Source of the DNA: Armatimonadota bacterium
GTDB lineage: Bacteria > Armatimonadota > UBA5829 > DSUL01
Length of the DNA: 64,000 bases
Direction: 5' to 3'
Assembly (NCBI GenBank): GCA_039811685.1
Contig: JBDHZC010000004.1
Location: 96,001 to 160,000 of the forward strand
Shown here: piece after piece, positions 61,976 to 64,000 of the stretch
How positions within the stretch are numbered: the first letter of the stretch is position 1
How the letters are laid out: every line of letters starts with the position of its first letter
The notes under the pieces: model-generated
The model's input: the letters and a program-made list of their open reading frames with translations, nothing else
Database searches by the model: none
What the model was told of the DNA's origin: nothing
Translations under genes and position numbers: made by a program

Positions 61976-63265
61976 ATGATTAAGCGCTATGGCCGCCCGG
62001 AAATGCTGCATATCTGGAGCGAAGAGTACAAGTTTCAGAAGTGGCTTGACGTTGAGCTGGCTATTTGCGAGGGCTGGGCGAAGCTCGGCGTGGTGCCTGA
62101 AGACGCCGTTCTACGTCTGAAGCAGAACGCGCGCTTTTCTGTTGAGCGCATCGAAGAGATCGAGCAGACCACTCAGCACGATCTGATGGCTTTTGTGGGC
62201 AATGTCGCAGAGCACGTTGGGGACGATGCCCGGTGGGTCCACTTTGGCGTTACCAGCTACGACGTCGAAGACAACGCTCTTTCTCTGCGAATGCGTGAGG
62301 CCTGTGACATCATCCTCAGCGACATCCGCACTCTGATCGAAACGCTGCGAAGCCGCGCCCGTGAGCACCGTCACACGCTTCAGATCGGGCGCACACACGG
62401 CGTCCATGCGGAGCCCATCACGTTTGGATTCAAGCTTGCTGTGTGGCTTGCGGAGATGCAGCGCAATCAGGAGCGCTTTGAACAGGCGCGCGCGAATATC
62501 AACTACGGCAAAGTCTCAGGGGCTGTCGGAACATACGCCAACGTAGATCCCCGCGTCGAGCAGTACGTCTGCTCCTGTCTTGGCCTGACGCCGAGTCCGG
62601 TTTCCACGCAGATACTTCAGCGCGACCGGCACGCCCAGGTTCTAGCCGCGTGCGCAATTTGCGCGAGCTCGCTGGAGCAGTTTGCCACAGAGATTCGGAA
62701 CCTCCAGCGCACAGAGCTGTTAGAAGTACAGGAGGCGTTCAAAAGCGGACAGAGGGGCTCCTCCGCCATGCCGCACAAACGCAATCCCAGATTGTCTGAG
62801 CAGGTAACAGGTCTGGCGCGCGTCATTCGCAGCGCTGTCATCCCTGCGCTGGAGAACGTGGCGACGTGGCATGAGCGGGATCTGTCCAACTCAAGCGTGG
62901 AGCGCATCATCATTCCAGATGCGTTTATCGCGCTTGACTACATTCTGCACACGTTCAATAACGTCATACAGGGACTCGTCGTATATCCGGAAAACATGCG
63001 CTCCAATCTGGACAAAATGCGCGGGCTGGTGATGTCTGAACATGTCATGCTCGCTCTGGTGAAAAGCGGATTGCTGCGCGATGAAGCGTACAAGCTGGTG
63101 CAGCGCAACGCGGCGAAGGCATGGGAGGGCACAGACTTTCGCAGTGCTCTTGAGCAGGATCAGGAAGTGATGTCTCGCCTCACAAAAGAAGACCTTGAAC
63201 ACTGCTTCGACTACCATCTGCATCTCAAGAAGCTTGATGCGATATTCGAGCGAATGGGAATTTGA
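61976..63265 (+). CDS. purB: Adenylosuccinate lyase
   Basis: GRTHGVHAEP, SGAVGT, GSSAMPHKRNP, HERDLSNSSVER. Confidence 0.97.
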   Translation: MIKRYGRPEMLHIWSEEYKFQKWLDVELAICEGWAKLGVVPEDAVLRLKQNARFSVERIEEIEQTTQHDLMAFVGNVAEHVGDDARWVHFGVTSYDVEDNALSLRMREACDIILSDIRTLIETLRSRAREHRHTLQIGRTHGVHAEPITFGFKLAVWLAEMQRNQERFEQARANINYGKVSGAVGTYANVDPRVEQYVCSCLGLTPSPVSTQILQRDRHAQVLAACAICASSLEQFATEIRNLQRTELLEVQEAFKSGQRGSSAMPHKRNPRLSEQVTGLARVIRSAVIPALENVATWHERDLSNSSVERIIIPDAFIALDYILHTFNNVIQGLVVYPENMRSNLDKMRGLVMSEHVMLALVKSGLLRDEAYKLVQRNAAKAWEGTDFRSALEQDQEVMSRLTKEDLEHCFDYHLHLKKLDAIFERMGI

Positions 63266-63385
63266 GGCATCCAGCCTGACTCCTCTGAGAACTGCTTGGA
63301 GCCAGTCTGTCGTCGCAATGAGGCGAGCGAAAACGCGGCGGCGATATATCCGTCCGCGGCCTGAAACCGACACAGGAGAATCACC

Positions 63386-63628
63386 TTGCCGAAAAAAGCG
63401 AAAATCTACGTCACTCTGAAGCCGACACTGCTCGATGCGCAGGGCAGGGTCGTTCAGCAGGCGCTCAACAACATTGGGTTTGCTGGTGTTGGTGATGTGC
63501 GCATTGGCAAGTACATAGAGATGGATATTGACAGCGGCGCCACAGAAGGGGATGTGCGCGATATGTGCACGCGACTGCTGGCAAATCCCGTCATTGAAGA
63601 CTTCAAGTTCGATCTGGAAGAGGTGTAG
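63386..63628 (+). CDS. purS: FGAM synthase subunit PurS
   Basis: VTLKP.LLDAQG, VRIGKYIE, LLANPVIEDF. Confidence 0.95.
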   Translation: MPKKAKIYVTLKPTLLDAQGRVVQQALNNIGFAGVGDVRIGKYIEMDIDSGATEGDVRDMCTRLLANPVIEDFKFDLEEV

Positions 63629-63634
63629 TCTGTC

Positions 63635-64000
63635 TTGAAGTTTGGCGTAATCCAGTTTCCCGGGTCCAACTGTGACCAGGACGCCTATTACGCAGCGCTG
63701 AATGTTCTGCGTGAGCCCGTTGAGTACATCTGGCATGAGTCCAGCGATCTGCAAGGCGCAGAGTGCATCATTGTGCCTGGTGGATTCTCCTACGGGGACT
63801 ATTTGCGCTGTGGCGCAGTCGCCGCTCTCTCTCCGGTTATGGCAGCCGTCAAGAAGCACGCTGAAGGCGGTGGAACGGTGCTGGGAATCTGCAATGGCTT
63901 TCAGGTGCTGTGCGAAGCGGGTCTGTTGCCCGGAGCTCTGACGCCCAACCGGAACCAGCGCTTCGTCTGTAAGCCCACGTATCTTCGCATCGAGAACGCT
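63635..64000 (+). CDS. purQ: FGAM synthase glutaminase subunit PurQ (partial, runs off window)
   Basis: Hand translation from TTG 63635: MKFGVIQFPGSNCD...PGGFSYGDYLRCGA...LGICNGFQVLCEAGLLPGAL. Confidence 0.95.
   Translation, partial: MKFGVIQFPGSNCDQDAYYAALNVLREPVEYIWHESSDLQGAECIIVPGGFSYGDYLRCGAVAALSPVMAAVKKHAEGGGTVLGICNGFQVLCEAGLLPGALTPNRNQRFVCKPTYLRIENA

Noticed and set aside
60516..63385. Purine or ZTP riboswitch, or PurR box, before purD/purB/purS
   Set aside because: The spacers are short and lack the consensus motifs.

Overview
Core-chromosome segment (GC about 60%) of a diderm Terrabacteria-type bacterium. Gene content suggests Armatimonadota: a Firmicutes-like dcw cluster with DUF881/sbp, MlaEFD with a barrel-tailed MlaD, and URO-D/GH99-like accessory proteins. 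This assignment is an inference. From left to right: a partial secreted GH99/WbsX-like multidomain protein missed by the ORF track; tRNA-Glu(CTC); a 6S RNA; URO-D family, DUF4349 and CMD genes; clpB; a 47-aa DUF5679-like CxxC protein behind a long structured leader; ugd-TPR-tgt-rodZ-hypothetical; pgl; nifJ (PFOR) divergent from gap-pgk-tpiA; an ATPase-less sugar/AI-2-type ABC cassette; DUF763; an ICL/PEP-mutase family gene; UPF0182; a 650-bp intergenic region with a candidate sRNA; a complete dcw cluster (mraZ to ftsZ); dsbD; a cysteine desulfurase; mlaE-F-D; rplI-dnaB; and purD-purB-purS-purQ (partial). I saw no mobile element, prophage, CRISPR array or obvious defence system. The most promising signals are non-coding (6S RNA variant, DUF5679 leader RNA, candidate sRNA, nifJ/gap regulatory motifs), unusual start-codon usage (many TTG starts, tgt without a canonical start), and the trans-envelope MlaD.
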